Origin: Octopus vulgaris
Lineage: Eukaryota
Assembly: GCA_951406725.2 (NCBI GenBank)
Contig: OX597829.1
Location: 50,654,001-50,718,000 of the forward strand
DNA: 64,000 nucleotides
Direction: 5' to 3'
In this document: in pieces, positions 1 to 12,660 of the stretch
How the letters are laid out: the number at the start of each line of letters is the position of its first letter
Numbering within the stretch: position 1 is the stretch's first letter
The notes under the pieces: model-generated
Told to the model about the DNA's origin: nothing
What the model saw: the letters and a program-made list of their open reading frames with translations, nothing else
Databases searched by the model: none
Position numbers and translations under genes: made by a program

Positions 1-76
1 ACATTTGTACTACAGAGCCAGAGGTGGTTTCAGCCAGATTGGTATCGAAAGGGTTAAGAATTGTTTATTATATATT

Positions 77-307
77 TTAACCCTTTTGATACCATATTTC
101 TGTTGAGATACTCTGTTTCTTTCAATTACTTTAAATATGACAAAGAATTTAGTTATCATTCAGAACTTAGTTATCATTCAGCTAGTGTTAGGAACATGCA
201 TTGTGACTAAGTTTGGTGGAAGGTTTTAATTCAAAACTTTTGAAAACATGACATTTGTACTACAGAGCCAGAGGTGGCTTCAGCCGGGTTGGTATCAAAA
301 GGGTTAA
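77..307. mobile_element. TTAA-flanked non-autonomous DNA element (piggyBac-like MITE); its end is duplicated at 1-62
   Basis: ttaa|cccttttgatacca ... tggtatcaaaaggg|ttaa terminal inverted repeats. Confidence 0.7.
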
Positions 308-595
308 GAATTAAATAAGTACTGTGGTTGAATCGTTTGACTAAAACAACTTCATGGAAGTGCCCCAGCATGGCCACAGTTTAATGAATGAAACAAGAAA
401 AAGATAAAGGGGAAAAGATAATCAATGTAGAACCATAAACAGGATAGATTGTTAGAGTACCAAAAGAGACATGTTGTGATATTTGTTCTAATTCCTTGCA
501 TTCTGAGTTCAAATCATGTAACCTGTTTGGATGTTTGACTGAATTCCTCAGTTTAGAGCCCCAGTTTAGCACCAATGCCTTGCCACTGAATACCC

Positions 596-822
596 TTAAC
601 CCTTTAGTACTCAGATTATTTTATCAAATGTAATGCTTATTTAATCACACTGCTTTTAATTAATCATGCATTTCCCCGTAACTTTGAGATTTTGATGATG
701 TGGTTGCATATTTTTAGAACGACATTGTAGGATTGGTACAAGAGGCTGGATCTGGCTGGTTTGAACATAAAAGAGGTATAATATTTGAGCCAGACATAGC
801 TGGTTTAAATGGTAAAAGATTA
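596..822. mobile_element. TTAA-flanked MITE; related copies near 8955-9427, 42795-42975 and 44340-44555
   Basis: ttaaccctttag...taaaagattaa ends; shared internal sequence (taatcatgcatt...gagattttgatgatgtg). Confidence 0.6.
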
Positions 823-1146
823 ATGGAATCTGCTTTGTTGTAAAGCATTTGAGCCAAGTGTACAGTTTGAGAATATCTTCCTCTCTCCTTCTTTCTTGTG
901 AATGTACATGGCATAATGGTTAAGGTATTACACTCTCAATTGCAAGTCACAGTTTCAATTTCCAGACTAGGCTGTGTGTTTTGTCCTTGAGAAAGACACT
1001 TCACTTCAAGTGGTTTCAATCCACTGAGCTGTGAATGAGGGACCCCATAATATAGACTGACATCCTGTTCAGAAGGAACATTGTGATCTTGGTCAGTTGT
1101 ACCCAATGAAAACCAAGTAAATGATCCTATCAGTCTCAGGACTTGA

Positions 1147-1487
1147 GGCAGTAAAGACCCCATTCAGTCATGAATGACCATAGAATTGCACCTAGAAAGT
1201 TCACCTCTGTGACATGAGTCCAGGCAAGGTGGTTTGTAGAAGACCAGCAGTCGCCCATGCATACCAGCCCCCTCATCTCCATGCCACTGATGTTATCCGA
1301 AGGAAAAGCAAAGACCAATACAGCTTGGCACCAGTGATGTCACAAGTCATTTCTACAGCTGAGTGAACTGGAGCAACGTGAAATAAAGTGTCTTGCTCAA
1401 AAACACAACACTGCCAAGTCTGGGAATCGAACTCGCTACCTCATGGTTGTAAGCCCGACGCACTAACCTCAGAACCATGCACCTTTC
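1147..1487 (-). mobile_element. tRNA-derived SINE; further copies at about 1512-1847 and 39877-40209, related heads at 905-1145 (+), 21122-21362 (+) and 23030-23258 (-)
   Basis: A/B-box-like tRNA head on the minus strand followed by gtgttcttgagcaagacactttatttc; several similar copies in the window. Confidence 0.75.
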
Positions 1488-2149
1488 CCCCCACCACACA
1501 CACATATAAAGGGTAAACAGTAAAGACCCTCTTCAGTCATGAATGACCATGGGATTGTATCTAGAAAGTTCATCTCTAAGGCACAAGTCTGGGTAAGGTT
1601 GTTTATGGAAGATCAGCAGTCACCCATGCATACCAGCCCTCTCTTCACCATGCCACTGATGTTATCCAAGGGAAAGGCAAAGGGGCCGATACAGCTTGAC
1701 ACCAGTGATGTCACAACTCATTTCTACAGCTGAGTGAACTGGAACAACATGAAATAAAGTGTTTTGCTCAAGAACACAAAACCCAATCTGGTCCAGGATC
1801 AAACTCACTCTCTCATGATTATGAGCCCAATGCTCTATGCGTTCACAGGGACTTATTAATTTATTCTCAGCTGGTCATCTGTTTTCCTTCCTAAGTGAAA
1901 AATAAAACGAGATTTTATTTTGTTTAATTCCAACGTGTGTGCCAATAAGTCGAAATTTTCAATTACACGTTGTTGTTGCTTCTTTATATTAATAGGTTTT
2001 CTGTCTGTCTACAGACAATAAACACATTGAAATTTATTCCATCTTGTTCCTCAATTACCCTGGTGATTGATATATGTGTGTGTATATATATGTATATATA
2101 TATATATATATGTACGTCTGTGTGCGTATGTGTTGTATATATATATTCA

Positions 2150-2184
<35 letters not shown>

Positions 2185-2188
2185 GTAT

Positions 2189-2251
<63 letters not shown>

Positions 2252-2281
2252 GTACGTTTGTGTGTATGTATATGTGTTGTG

Positions 2282-2356
<75 letters not shown>

Positions 2357-2559
2357 GTGTTATTTTATTGCATACAGTTAGGGGTATAGAAAAAAGGATG
2401 TTGAAAATGCACTGAGATTCATTTAGATTTTTGTTTTATTTAAATAAACTCCATTCAAGAACAACTATTCACACACAAACTCATTCTACTGTTTGACGTG
2501 TTGAATTTATACAACTAACGACTTCAATTTCGGACATAGTCACAACTGTTAATTGACAG

Positions 2560-3320
2560 AGTCTACATATACATAAGTGTCGAATGTTTAGAAAACAGAC
2601 AGTTAATAGCTAAATTTAATGCCTGCATACATAAACAGAAACTGTAACTATTCAAAGACTGGACTACATAGAAACAACTGTCCACTCTATCACTCAACGG
2701 ATTATATTTAGAGAACTTTATTTTGGGACTGTCACCAGACATGTTCATTAAACAGTGCCAGCCTTGATTTTTCCAAAAAATACTGTCACATATTAACACA
2801 TAGTAAGAAACCCACAAAAATTTCTAAGATTGCTACTAATCATGAAATCTTTTAACAGATAAAATTCAGATAGCCCTGACTGCTAGGGATTGTCACTAGA
2901 TATGTTCACTCAACTGTGACAGCTTTAAGACATTAAAGAATGAACATAGCAAAGAACTTACAAAAATTTCTAAAACCTGATCACATGATCACCCTCGACC
3001 AATCAAAGCATGTCCAAAACAGATATTAATTTGATCCATGTTCTCGATAAAACAAGACAATTTTTGAATTCCCATCAGAAGCAAGGTAGTTGCACCATAG
3101 TTCCATATCTTTCTATATCTTTCACCAAAGCTCCATAACTTTTGAAGTGGAAAGTAGTTGAAAAATCCACACCATATGTTAACAGAGCTAAAAAATGTAA
3201 GCTATGCATAGCAGAAAGAACTAAAATCCTTTTCAAATCCAAGAACTCTCACTGCTGAATACTTGATCTGAAATTTTTAGCAGTTGTAAGCATATGGCTA
3301 AGTTTCTGTGGATAAAATTG
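2560..3320 (+). mobile_element. Decayed Penelope-like element, C-terminal GIY-YIG region
   Basis: Translates in pieces to LKWKVVEKSTPYVNRAKKCKLCIAERTKILF...SEIFSSCKH, matching the PLE C-terminal pattern W..Y..CxLCxxEK..I..LLN..SE..CRH; frameshifted. Confidence 0.65.
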
Positions 3321-3439
3321 GAAAGTCCCTCCCTCTCCTGATTGAATAATTGTACCACAGACTCTAAGCCACTATCTTTCCAACCTCATATTTTATGGTC
3401 AAAGGGGAAATAACTCTAATTTTCCCCTTTTAAACCCCT

Positions 3440-3652
3440 TAGGATTAAAATGCAAGCTGTGTTCTCTTGAAGCACATCTCCTTATTTCAGTATTCCAAAT
3501 CCATATGTAGATGTTATATTTGTGTGAGGTATGCATAAAAGTTAAAAATACTGGTAAAAATTTTCTTTAGAGTAAAGATATCAAAATAATGAAGTTGGAA
3601 AATTTTTTGGTATTATTTTATTCACCATTACACAGCTTGCATTTTAATCCTA
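3440..3652. mobile_element. MITE-like element with perfect 23-bp terminal inverted repeats
   Basis: taggattaaaatgcaagctgtgt (3440-3462) and acacagcttgcattttaatccta (3630-3652); TA at both outer ends. Confidence 0.6.
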
Positions 3653-4101
3653 TCTACAATGTGTGTGTGTGTGTGTATAAGTTAAGTGAAATCATAGTCA
3701 TAGCTGATACCAATTTTGTGTAACTGGCACTTGTGCTGGTGGCACATAAAAAGTATATTTGAACTTTGGGCCTCACGGAGGCAGTGACAAGTGGCTGAGA
3801 CCTTTGGCAATGTACCATGCATGAGAAAAACCTGTCAAGTCAAGTGAGATCATAGCCAAGGCTGATGCTGGTGTTTTATTACTGGCATCCATGCTGGTGG
3901 CACATGGAAAGCACCTACTACACTCTTGGAATGGTTGGTACTAGGAAGGCCACCCAGCTGTAGAAACAATGCCAAATCAGATTAGAAACTGCTGCAGCTT
4001 CCCAGCTTACCAATTCTCAGTTAAACTGTCCAACCCATACTAGAATGAAAAACAGACGTTAAATGATAATGATAATGATGATGTGTACACACACACACAC
4101 A

Positions 4102-4145
<44 letters not shown>

Positions 4146-4195
4146 ATATATAGATAAGAAAGTTGGTTTGTGAAAGCACGTGGGTGAATATATAG

Positions 4196-4572
4196 AAAAT
4201 AGTAAAAAGTGAAAGAACTACAGAAGGCTTAAATGTTAAAAAATATATATATTTGCGTCAATATGTCTGAAGAATATTAAAAAATTAAAAAAAAAATTTT
4301 TTTCTCTTATAATGACATAATTTAAAAGAAAGACCGGTTTCGCGTGTAGCTTTTCAAATTTCTTGCGACGTTATGTTTATGTTTTACTTACAACATAAAC
4401 ATAACGTCGCAAGAAATTTGAAAAGCTAAACGCGAAACCGGTCTTTCTTTTAAATTATGTCATTATAAGAGAAAAAAATTTTTTTTTAATTTTTTAATAT
4501 TCTTCAGACATATTGACGCAAATATATATATTTTTTAACATTTAAGCCTTCTGTAGTTCTTTCACTTTTTAC

Positions 4573-4578
<6 letters not shown>
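4196..4578. repeat. Near-perfect long hairpin (arms about 187 bp, 8-nt loop) between (TA)n tracts; PLE pseudo-LTR-like
   Basis: 4196-4383 is the reverse complement of 4392-4578; I see about one mismatch and one homopolymer indel. Confidence 0.95.
4411..4449 (+). ncRNA. Minimal type I hammerhead ribozyme motif, U3-A8 core variant (mirror copy on the minus strand in the left arm)
   Basis: aagaaa-t-TTGAAAA-gc taaac gc-GAAA-ccg-GTC-tttctt: stem I aagaaa/tttctt with one extra nt, 2-bp stem II, palindromic stem III (accggt), GUC site. Confidence 0.6.
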
Positions 4579-4634
<56 letters not shown>

Positions 4635-5211
4635 CAGTGTTGGCTAAAATGTGTAGCTGTATTCCATAATAGAGTATCACAGCATTAAACAAACAAATTC
4701 AAAGTTGAGCCTTTGAAGGTACTGCTACCTTGGATATTTAGTCTACTTGAATTGACCTAATATTTCTCTCCTTCATATCACATTCCACTGTCTTGAGAAA
4801 TGGACAGACATATTGGACATTGTAGCCATCTATACTGTATGATAAAAGATAAATGTGAAATGGTTACAGCCAAAACTTTTTGGTCATTGTATTCAAAACA
4901 CGTCTGAATATGCACGCATAACAAACATTTGTCTTTTTACATATTTCAATTCACGATTACATCACTGTACATAAATCCCCTCACTAAACAAGATTTTGAA
5001 ACTTGTCTCTGTACACATATGTGTTCCCCTCCCATTACCGAAAGCTGAACAGTTAGCTCCCTTACCCACAACAATAACAATAATAACAACAACTAATTAC
5101 CTCCCTTTATTTATCTACTTGTGAAGTCATTCACTTGTGAATTTCATCACACACAACATGGACAAAATTTCTTCTTAAGAAAAAATATATATTCAAATAA
5201 GTAAAACATAA

Positions 5212-5244
5212 TATCATGAATAGCAATAGCGAAACCGGTCGATA
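5212..5244 (+). ncRNA. Minimal type I hammerhead ribozyme motif, A3-U8 core variant
   Basis: tatc-ATGAATA-gc aata gc-GAAA-ccg-GTC-gata: perfect 4-bp stem I, 2-bp stem II, palindromic stem III, GUC site. Confidence 0.62.
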
Positions 5245-5409
5245 CATTAAAAATTATATTAAGACTATGTAAGTGTGCGTATTTTCCTTTTTTTAATTTC
5301 TTATATACATTACAACTCACTATGTGGGGATAATTGAAATTCCTCTTTTCTAGTTTTGGGATTTGGTTTGCAAGATTCTTTACGTGAATTTATGTGTTGA
5401 GGTATATTT

Positions 5410-5745
5410 TATTTTGTCTGGGGAGAGTTATTCTCTTTTTGTTAGTACCTTAGTATTTAACACATTCACCAGTTCGATTTCCACTCATTTACTTATTCAG
5501 TTTTTCTAAAGTTTCCATTGTATCTTGCAACCTTTTCAGTAGTTGTTAACTCTGTCCATTATCTTCAAACAAACAAAAAGAACACAGCTCAGATAATGGA
5601 CAGAGTCAACAACTACTGAAAAGGATGCAAGACTCAATGAAAATCTGAGAAAAAATAAATAAATAAATGAGTGGAAACTTAACCGTTGAGTGTGTTAAAT
5701 ACTAATAACGCACTAAAGAAGAATGACTCTCCCCAGATACAATAC
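5410..5745. repeat. Diverged inverted repeat (arms about 155 bp, 26-nt spacer) next to (TA)n
   Basis: tctggggagag...ccttttcagtagttgttaactctgtccattatct versus agataatggacagagtcaacaactactgaaaagg...ctctccccaga; degenerate CTGAAAA...GAAA motif in the arms. Confidence 0.8.
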
Positions 5746-5816
5746 ATATATATATATATATATGTATGTATACATATATATACATTCATGTGTGTATATA
5801 TATATATATATATATA

Positions 5817-6237
5817 ATAAATATTAGGGAATGAATCCAAAATTACAGGGAAAAAATCAGATTTAGGGTTAAATCCAATTTTATAGTAAAATATTATATA
5901 ATATAATTCGAGACAAAACCACTATTTTAAAACCAAACAAGGAAAGACTTAATCAATACATAAAATTTTAATATAAATGAAATAAACCGCCACTACAAAT
6001 GTTTCATGTCTGCTACCGACAATCTTCAGGTGGATTTTCGATCTTCTAATCAGTATCAAATTTTGAAGTGAATTCACTTTGATACTGATTAGAAGATCGA
6101 AAATCCACCTGAAGATTGTCGGTAGCAGACATGAAACATTTGTAGTGGCAGTTTATTTCATTTATATTAAAATTTTATGTATTGATTAAGTCTTTCCTTG
6201 TTTGGTTTTAAAATAGTGGTTTTGTCTCGAATTATAT

Positions 6238-6245
<8 letters not shown>
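5817..6245. mobile_element. (TA)n-embedded fold-back element (PLE pseudo-LTR-like); arms about 5893-6060 and 6078-6245; same family at 51433-51725 and 54091-54450
   Basis: All three copies share the terminus aataaaatattagggaat..aatccaaa.ttacagggaaaa; each folds back at a different internal point. Confidence 0.85.
6105..6148 (+). ncRNA. Type I hammerhead ribozyme motif with canonical CUGAAGA core (mirror copy at 5990-6033, minus strand)
   Basis: ccac-CTGAAGA-t tgtc ggtagca gaca t-GAAA-cattt-GTA-gtgg: stem I ccac/gtgg, stem II tgtc/gaca with a U-U closing mismatch, GUA site. Confidence 0.7.
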
Positions 6246-6290
<45 letters not shown>

Positions 6291-6402
6291 TATATGTAGA
6301 TAGATAGACACATACATACTTTGTGGGTATATATGTGTGAGTGTACTTATATATATATATAATATATATCTATATATGTATAAATGTGTGTGTGTGTATA
6401 TA

Positions 6403-6464
<62 letters not shown>

Positions 6465-7006
6465 AGTGTGTGTGTGTATATATGTGTATATATATATGTG
6501 TGTGAGTGTATATGCTTACATGCAAATACTATCATTAGCAACATTAGTATTGTCATTAGTATTGATAGTACCATTAATATCCTCATTATCATACTACTAC
6601 TGTTACTACTGTTACTGCTGCTGTAACCACCACCACCACTGCCATCATCACCACCACCACCACCACCACCACCACTGCCATCATCACTATTGTTATCCTC
6701 ATCATCATTGTCAGCTTCATTGCCGTGATCATCGGTGTTTATTGATTTTAAATATTCATCAACGAACCATCCATCACCATTAAGCATCACTAAATTATGT
6801 AAACTATATTGCAAGCTATCTTCGAAACAGTCACTGATATAAAAATCAATACCTGTTATTGTCGCTGTTGTTGTTGTTGTTGCTGTCACCACTTCTGTTG
6901 TTGCTGCTGCTGCTATCGTTGTTGTTGTTGTTGTTGTTGTTGTTGTGTAGTTATGGTCAGGACAAACATTAACCTGATCCATGCTAAGTAGACAATCGAC
7001 CAAACA

Positions 7007-7525
7007 GGTGTGATCCACTGACCCAGTGGCTCTCAACTAGAGTCCATATGACTCAGTGGTTCTCAACTAGGATCAATATGACTCAGTGGGTCTCAACTAG
7101 GGTCCAATTGGTTCAGTGGGTCTCAATTAGGGTCCATATGACACAGTGGCTCTCAACTAGAATCCATATGACTCAGTGGGTCTCAACTAGGGTCCAGTTG
7201 ACTCAGTGGTTCTCAGCTAGGGTCCAATTGACCCAGTGCGTCTCAACTAGGATCCATATGACTCAGTGGAGTCTCAACTAGGGTCCGATTGACTCAGGGG
7301 GTCTCAACTAGGGTCCATATGACTCAGTGGAGTCTCAACTAGGGTCCATATGACACAGTGGGTCTCAACTAGAGTCCATATGACTCAGTGGGGTCTCAAC
7401 TAGGGTCCAGTTACACAGTGAAGTCTCAACTAGGGTCCAGTTACACAGTGGAGTTTCAACCAGGGTCCAATTGGTTCAGTGGGGTCTCAATTAGGGTCCA
7501 ATTGACTTATTGGGGTCCATATAAG
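7007..7525. repeat. Minisatellite, 30-31-bp unit (gggtccatatgactcagtgggtctcaacta), about 17 copies
   Basis: Directly visible tandem periodicity with no unique spacers. Confidence 0.92.
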
Positions 7526-7664
7526 ATTTTGTTTTTACAAATTGTGTGCAATAAATTGGTTATACTTCTACAGTACACTAAATATTTTAGTGATTTAATT
7601 ACAATAATATAATTATAAAATTGTGAACATCATCATCATAATCATTATCATCATCATCACCACC

Positions 7665-7698
<34 letters not shown>

Positions 7699-9812
7699 TC
7701 ATTTTAACATCATTTGTCCATGCTGGTATGGGTTGGATGGTTTGACCAGGGCTGGTAAGCTGAGGGGCTGCACCAGACTCCACCCTGATTTGGCGTGGTT
7801 TTTCTATGGCTGGATGCCCTTCCTAACACCAACCACGTAATGGGTTCTTTTACATGTCACCAGCACGGGTGCCAGTTTCATGATGCCACTGTCTGCCACG
7901 GCTACAAATTCACTTGGCTTGATGGGTCTCCAGGAGGCCCAACACCCAAAAGGTACATTTTACGTGCCAGTGGCACAGGTGTCATTTACATGATGCCAGC
8001 ATCGACTGTGACATATATTTTGTTTATGCTTTGTTTTTTAAGATGGTACTCTTTTATTCTTTTTTTTTTTTTCCTTTCCTTGTTTCAGTTGCTTGACTGC
8101 AACCATGCTGGAGCACTGCCTTGAAGGGTTTCAGTCAAACAAATCAACTCCAGGACCTGTTTTTTTTTAAAGCCTGGTACTTATTCTATCAGTCTCTTTT
8201 GCTGAACACCTAAGTTATAAGCACATACACACATCAACACCAGTTGTCAAGTGGTGACAAGAGAACAAACACAGACATAAGGACATATACAGATATATAC
8301 ACATACATACATACATACACATACATACATACATACATACATACATACATACATACATACATACATACATACATGCATGCATACATACATACATACATAC
8401 ATACATACATACATACATACATACACATACATACATACACACACAAGCATATACATGATGGGCTTCTCTCAGTTTCTGTCAATCAAATCCACTCATAAGG
8501 CTTTGTTTGGCCTGAGGCTATGGTAGAAGACATTGCCTAAGGTGGCATGCAATGGGACTAAACCTGGAACCATGTGGTTGGAAAGCAATTTTCTCACCAC
8601 ACAGTGAGATTTTGAGGAAAATTTGATTTGGCTGCTAATTCTTAGAAGGTTTCGGTACTCTGTACAGGTTTTTTTCATTGGTCTATGATATGTCTGAATT
8701 TTCTGGTGTCACCCAATGAGAACACAGACATGATAAGCTCAATCAACAAGATTATGGTTGTTCTTCTTCCACCTTCAAATATTGGTGTTGTTCCTTTAAA
8801 TATCATGATTGGAATTAATAAGGCTTTGTTAACCCTTTTCAAACCAGCCTGCCTGAGGCTGCTCCTGTTTCTATGATACAAAATTCATATTTTAAAATGC
8901 ACTAAATTAAAAATTTCCATGAAAATTTCACGTTAATTTATGGTTCAAATAGAGTTTAACTCTTTAGCATTCAGATTATTTTGTTAAGTGAGCTTGCAGA
9001 AACATTAGCATGCCATGTGAAATGCTTAGCGGTATTTCGTTTGCCGCTACATTCTGAGTTCAAATTCCGCCGAGGTCAACTTTGCCTTTCATCCTCTCGG
9101 GGTCGATTAAATAAGTACCGGTTATGTACTGGGGTCGATGTAATCAACTTAATCTGTTTGTCTGTCCTTGTTTGTCCCCTCTGTGTGTAGCCCCATGTGG
9201 GCAGTAAAGAAATAAGATTATTTTGTTAAATCTTGTAATGCTTATTTATTAATATTGTTTCAAATTAATCCTGCATTATCTTGTGACTTTGAGATTTTGA
9301 TGATGTGATAGTTTATTTTCAGAGTAACATTGTAGGGTAAGTGTGAGAAGCCAGATATAGGTAGTTTGAATATAAAACAGGCAGAATATTTGGACCAGAT
9401 ATGGCTTGTTTAAATGCTAATGGGTTAATAATGGTTTCAAATTTTGGTGCAAGGCCAGTCATTTTAGAGGATGGAGTAAGCTGATTGCATTAACCCTATT
9501 GTTTAGGAATACATTGTGTCTAAGGGATGAGATGGATGGTCATGATTGGAATCCTTTTGGTTGATCCTAAGTCTGTTTGGGGAGGGCTGACCTGAGACCC
9601 AACAACAAGTTCAGACTCAACCCACACCTTATTATATTTTGAGTGAAACACACTGCATTTGTTTCAAGGAGTTTTTACTTATTTTATCAACTCCTGAAGG
9701 ATGAAGGGTAAAGCTGACCTTGGTGGAATTTGAACTCAGACTGTCAGACCAGATGAAATGCTGCTAAGTATTTTGCCCAGAGTGCTAACGATTCTGCCAG
9801 CTGGCTGCCTTG

Positions 9813-9894
<82 letters not shown>

Positions 9895-9969
9895 CCTTTC
9901 TACTACAGCAACAAGGCCTGAAATTTGTGGGGAGAGGACTAATTGATTACATTGACCCCAGTGTTTAAC

Positions 9970-10046
9970 CGATGATGGACCGTGAAGTCTGGCGCAACAT
10001 GGTAAATTCCATTGTCTCGACCACGGTCGAACAATGATGATGATGA
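9970..10046 (+). mobile_element. Extremely 5'-truncated LINE 3' end with a (GAT)n tail, inserted in a SINE
   Basis: Encodes MMDREVWRNMVNSIVSTTVEQ*; target-site duplication tgtttaac at 9962-9969 and 10047-10054. Confidence 0.7.
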
Positions 10047-10479
10047 TGTTTAACTGGTACTTAATTTATTGACCATGAAAGGCTGAAAGGCAAAGTTGAC
10101 CTCAGTGGAATCTGAACTCAGAATGTCAAAACAGATGAAATGCTGCCAAGCATTTTGCCGGGCATGCTACCAATTCTGCCAGCTCGCTGCCATGAAACCA
10201 GTTAAATAATGACAAAATAATGAAAGTTATTTTACAATATTAAATTATTTGTTATTTAAAAAAAAATTGATTGAAACGAATCTAGCGTATTTCAACAGAA
10301 ATGTAATAAGGCAATGTAATGAGTCTGAAGTTGTTGTTGTCGGGCCTTAGGTCAGCCCTCACCAAACAGGCTTTTAGGATCAATCAAAAGCATTCCGATC
10401 ATGACCATCCATCTCATCTTTTAGACACAATACATGCCTTTTGCTTTCATTGTTTTCCATTCTGTTGTTTTTTCTTTAC

Positions 10480-10711
10480 TCTTTTACTCTTTTACTCTTT
10501 TACTTGTTTCAGTCATTTGACTGCGGCCATGCTGGAGCACTGCTTTTAGTCGAGCAAATCGACCCCGGGACTTATTCTTTTGTAAGCCCAGTACTTATTC
10601 TATCGGTCTCTTTTTGCCGAACCGCTAGGTGACGGGGACGTAAACACACCAGCATCGGTTGTCAAGCATGGCTAGGGAGATAAACACAGACACACAAACA
10701 TATACACGCAT

Positions 10712-10760
<49 letters not shown>

Positions 10761-10922
10761 CACGACTGGCTTCTTCCAGTTTCTGTCTACCAAATCCACT
10801 CACAAGGCATTGGTCAGCCCGGGGCTATAGCAGAAGACACTTGCCCAAGGTGCCACGTAGTGGGACTGAACCCGGAACCATGTGGTTGGTAAGCAAGCTT
10901 CTTACCACACAGCCACTCCTGC
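10480..10922 (-). mobile_element. tRNA-derived SINE with internal microsatellite and (GAGTAAAA)n tail; copies at about 8075-8605, 24805-25190, 35565-35965, 36765-37300 (-) and 37643-38017, 42992-43392, 55490-55625 (+)
   Basis: Head ggagtggctgtgtggtaag...ggttccgggttcagtccc, then ccttgggcaagtgtcttct, and a tail ending gactgaaacaagtaaaagagtaaaagag. Confidence 0.85.
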
Positions 10923-11124
10923 CTTTAATTTTTTTTTTTCTTGTAGACAGTAGGATGTTATTAAAGAAAGATTTGGTTGTCACATCTAACAAATAAAATG
11001 ACCCGCTAGAAATAACAGCCAAATCTCTTGCTGTCATTGTCATTAATGTTTTTGTTGTTGCTATTTGTTGCTTTCTTGCTGTTGTTGCATATCTTTTATT
11101 TCTTTCCTTTTATTTCTGAAACAG

Positions 11125-11247
11125 ATAATACTGTGGGGCCGTCATCTGGAATCCCTCTCGCAGACTTGTGCAGATGTGTGTGCACTGGGAGTCCCTTGTG
11201 TTTACATGCAGTGTGATGTTAGCAACAAAGAAAATATTGACCAACAG
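11125..11247 (+). CDS. DHRS3: Internal exon of a DHRS3-like (SDR16C) short-chain dehydrogenase/reductase: IILWGRHLESLSQTCADVCALGVPCVYMQCDVSNKENIDQQ
   Basis: Pyrimidine tract plus acag acceptor at 11121-11124 and CAG|gtatgg donor; 123 nt, phase 0-0. IILWGR...CDVS matches the beta2-beta3 region of DHRS3 (IVLWGR...CDVG). The symbol is a best-family call, not proven orthology. Confidence 0.88.
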
Positions 11248-11284
11248 GTATGGCAAAATTTTTCACACCAGTACTTCTACTGCA

Positions 11285-11374
<90 letters not shown>

Positions 11375-11890
11375 GATAATAATAACAACAACAATAACAA
11401 CAACAACAACAACAACAACAATAAATTTGTATAAAATATGGGCTACAACAAATATTCTGCTCAATACCACAGATTTGCTTGTCAGTTGTTTGACCTTAAC
11501 CTGTTGACCATGTCTCTTAGTGGCTGACGATATGTGCATCTCTGATCATGACCAAGAGTAGTGAGGAAACATCATAGTCATGTGTTGAGAGGAATTCTAT
11601 GGGGTTTGAATAATTCTCCTTTGGGAACATGGGTGTTTTGTTAACATCCTTAAACAATCCTTATTCAGGGACCTTTTGAGTGGGTTGGGCTACTCGACCT
11701 GAAGAAAATTCTAACAAGGTCATGCGTTGCTTATCTTGATATGAGATCCCCATACCACACACATATGGTTGTGATGCATGTACCTGGTGTACCCTTATCA
11801 GACAGGTAGTCATGATGGGTATACTGGGCTTCATATATTTTACCCCAGTGTCACTTTGATGGCATGCACTCTCATTCAATTATAATAATG

Positions 11891-11946
<56 letters not shown>

Positions 11947-12004
11947 CCTTTCTACTAAAGGCACAAGGCCTGAAATTTTGAGGGAAGGGACCAGTCAATT
12001 ACAG

Positions 12005-12660
12005 TAAAGGCTGAAGAAAGGCGATTTAAAAGGGCCCACTGGGACACTAGGGTACAGTGCTCAAGAACAAGCTCTCAGAACAAACTACTCCAAATATCAT
12101 ATTGATAAAAGCACTGACTCTCCACAGTGTAGGATGTGCTCTGAGAAAGGAGAAGGTATGAGCCATGTTGTTAGTGAGTGCTGTAAGCTCACGAATATAA
12201 AAGGAGACATGACAATGTGGCCAGATATGTCCACTGGATGTTGCGGTAAAGCAAACCTCGAGAGAGTCGAACAATGGGAGTAATGGAGTAATGGAAAACG
12301 AACATTACAAAATACTCTGGGATTTTAACATGCAGTGCGACCAAGTCATAGAGGTGAGACGACCAGATATCGTGCTCATCCATAAAGATGAAAAAGAAGC
12401 AAAGATAACAGATGTTGCAAAACCAGGGGATTTGAGGGCAAAATGTAAGGAAACAGAAAAGATTGAGAAATACCAGCCACTGCGGGATGAGATAGGAAAG
12501 TAATGATGATACCGGTGGTAATTGGAGCATTAAGGAGCAGTTTCCAAGGGCTTTGAAAAGCATATTAAGAATATTGGAGCTGCTGTCAGGCTCAAGGTGA
12601 TCCAGAAGATGGCATTGTTGGGTACTGCTTGCATTCTAAGGAGAGTTTTGTCTCTTTGAG
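12005..12660 (+). mobile_element. R4/Dong-like non-LTR retrotransposon relic (CCHC finger plus restriction-like endonuclease)
   Basis: CRMC..H..SEC, RHDNVARYVHW, KILWDFNMQCDQVIEVRRPDIV, IPVVIGAL, ALLGTACILRRVL; frameshifted. Confidence 0.8.

Noticed and set aside
7007-7525. CRISPR-like regular repeat of about 30 bp
   Set aside because: Units are contiguous with no unique spacers, there are no cas genes, and the context is eukaryotic; it is a minisatellite.
1-11124. Expected first exon with the TGxxxGxG Rossmann motif
   Set aside because: Not found by eye and presumably upstream of the window. The C-terminal exons after 55388 were also not found.
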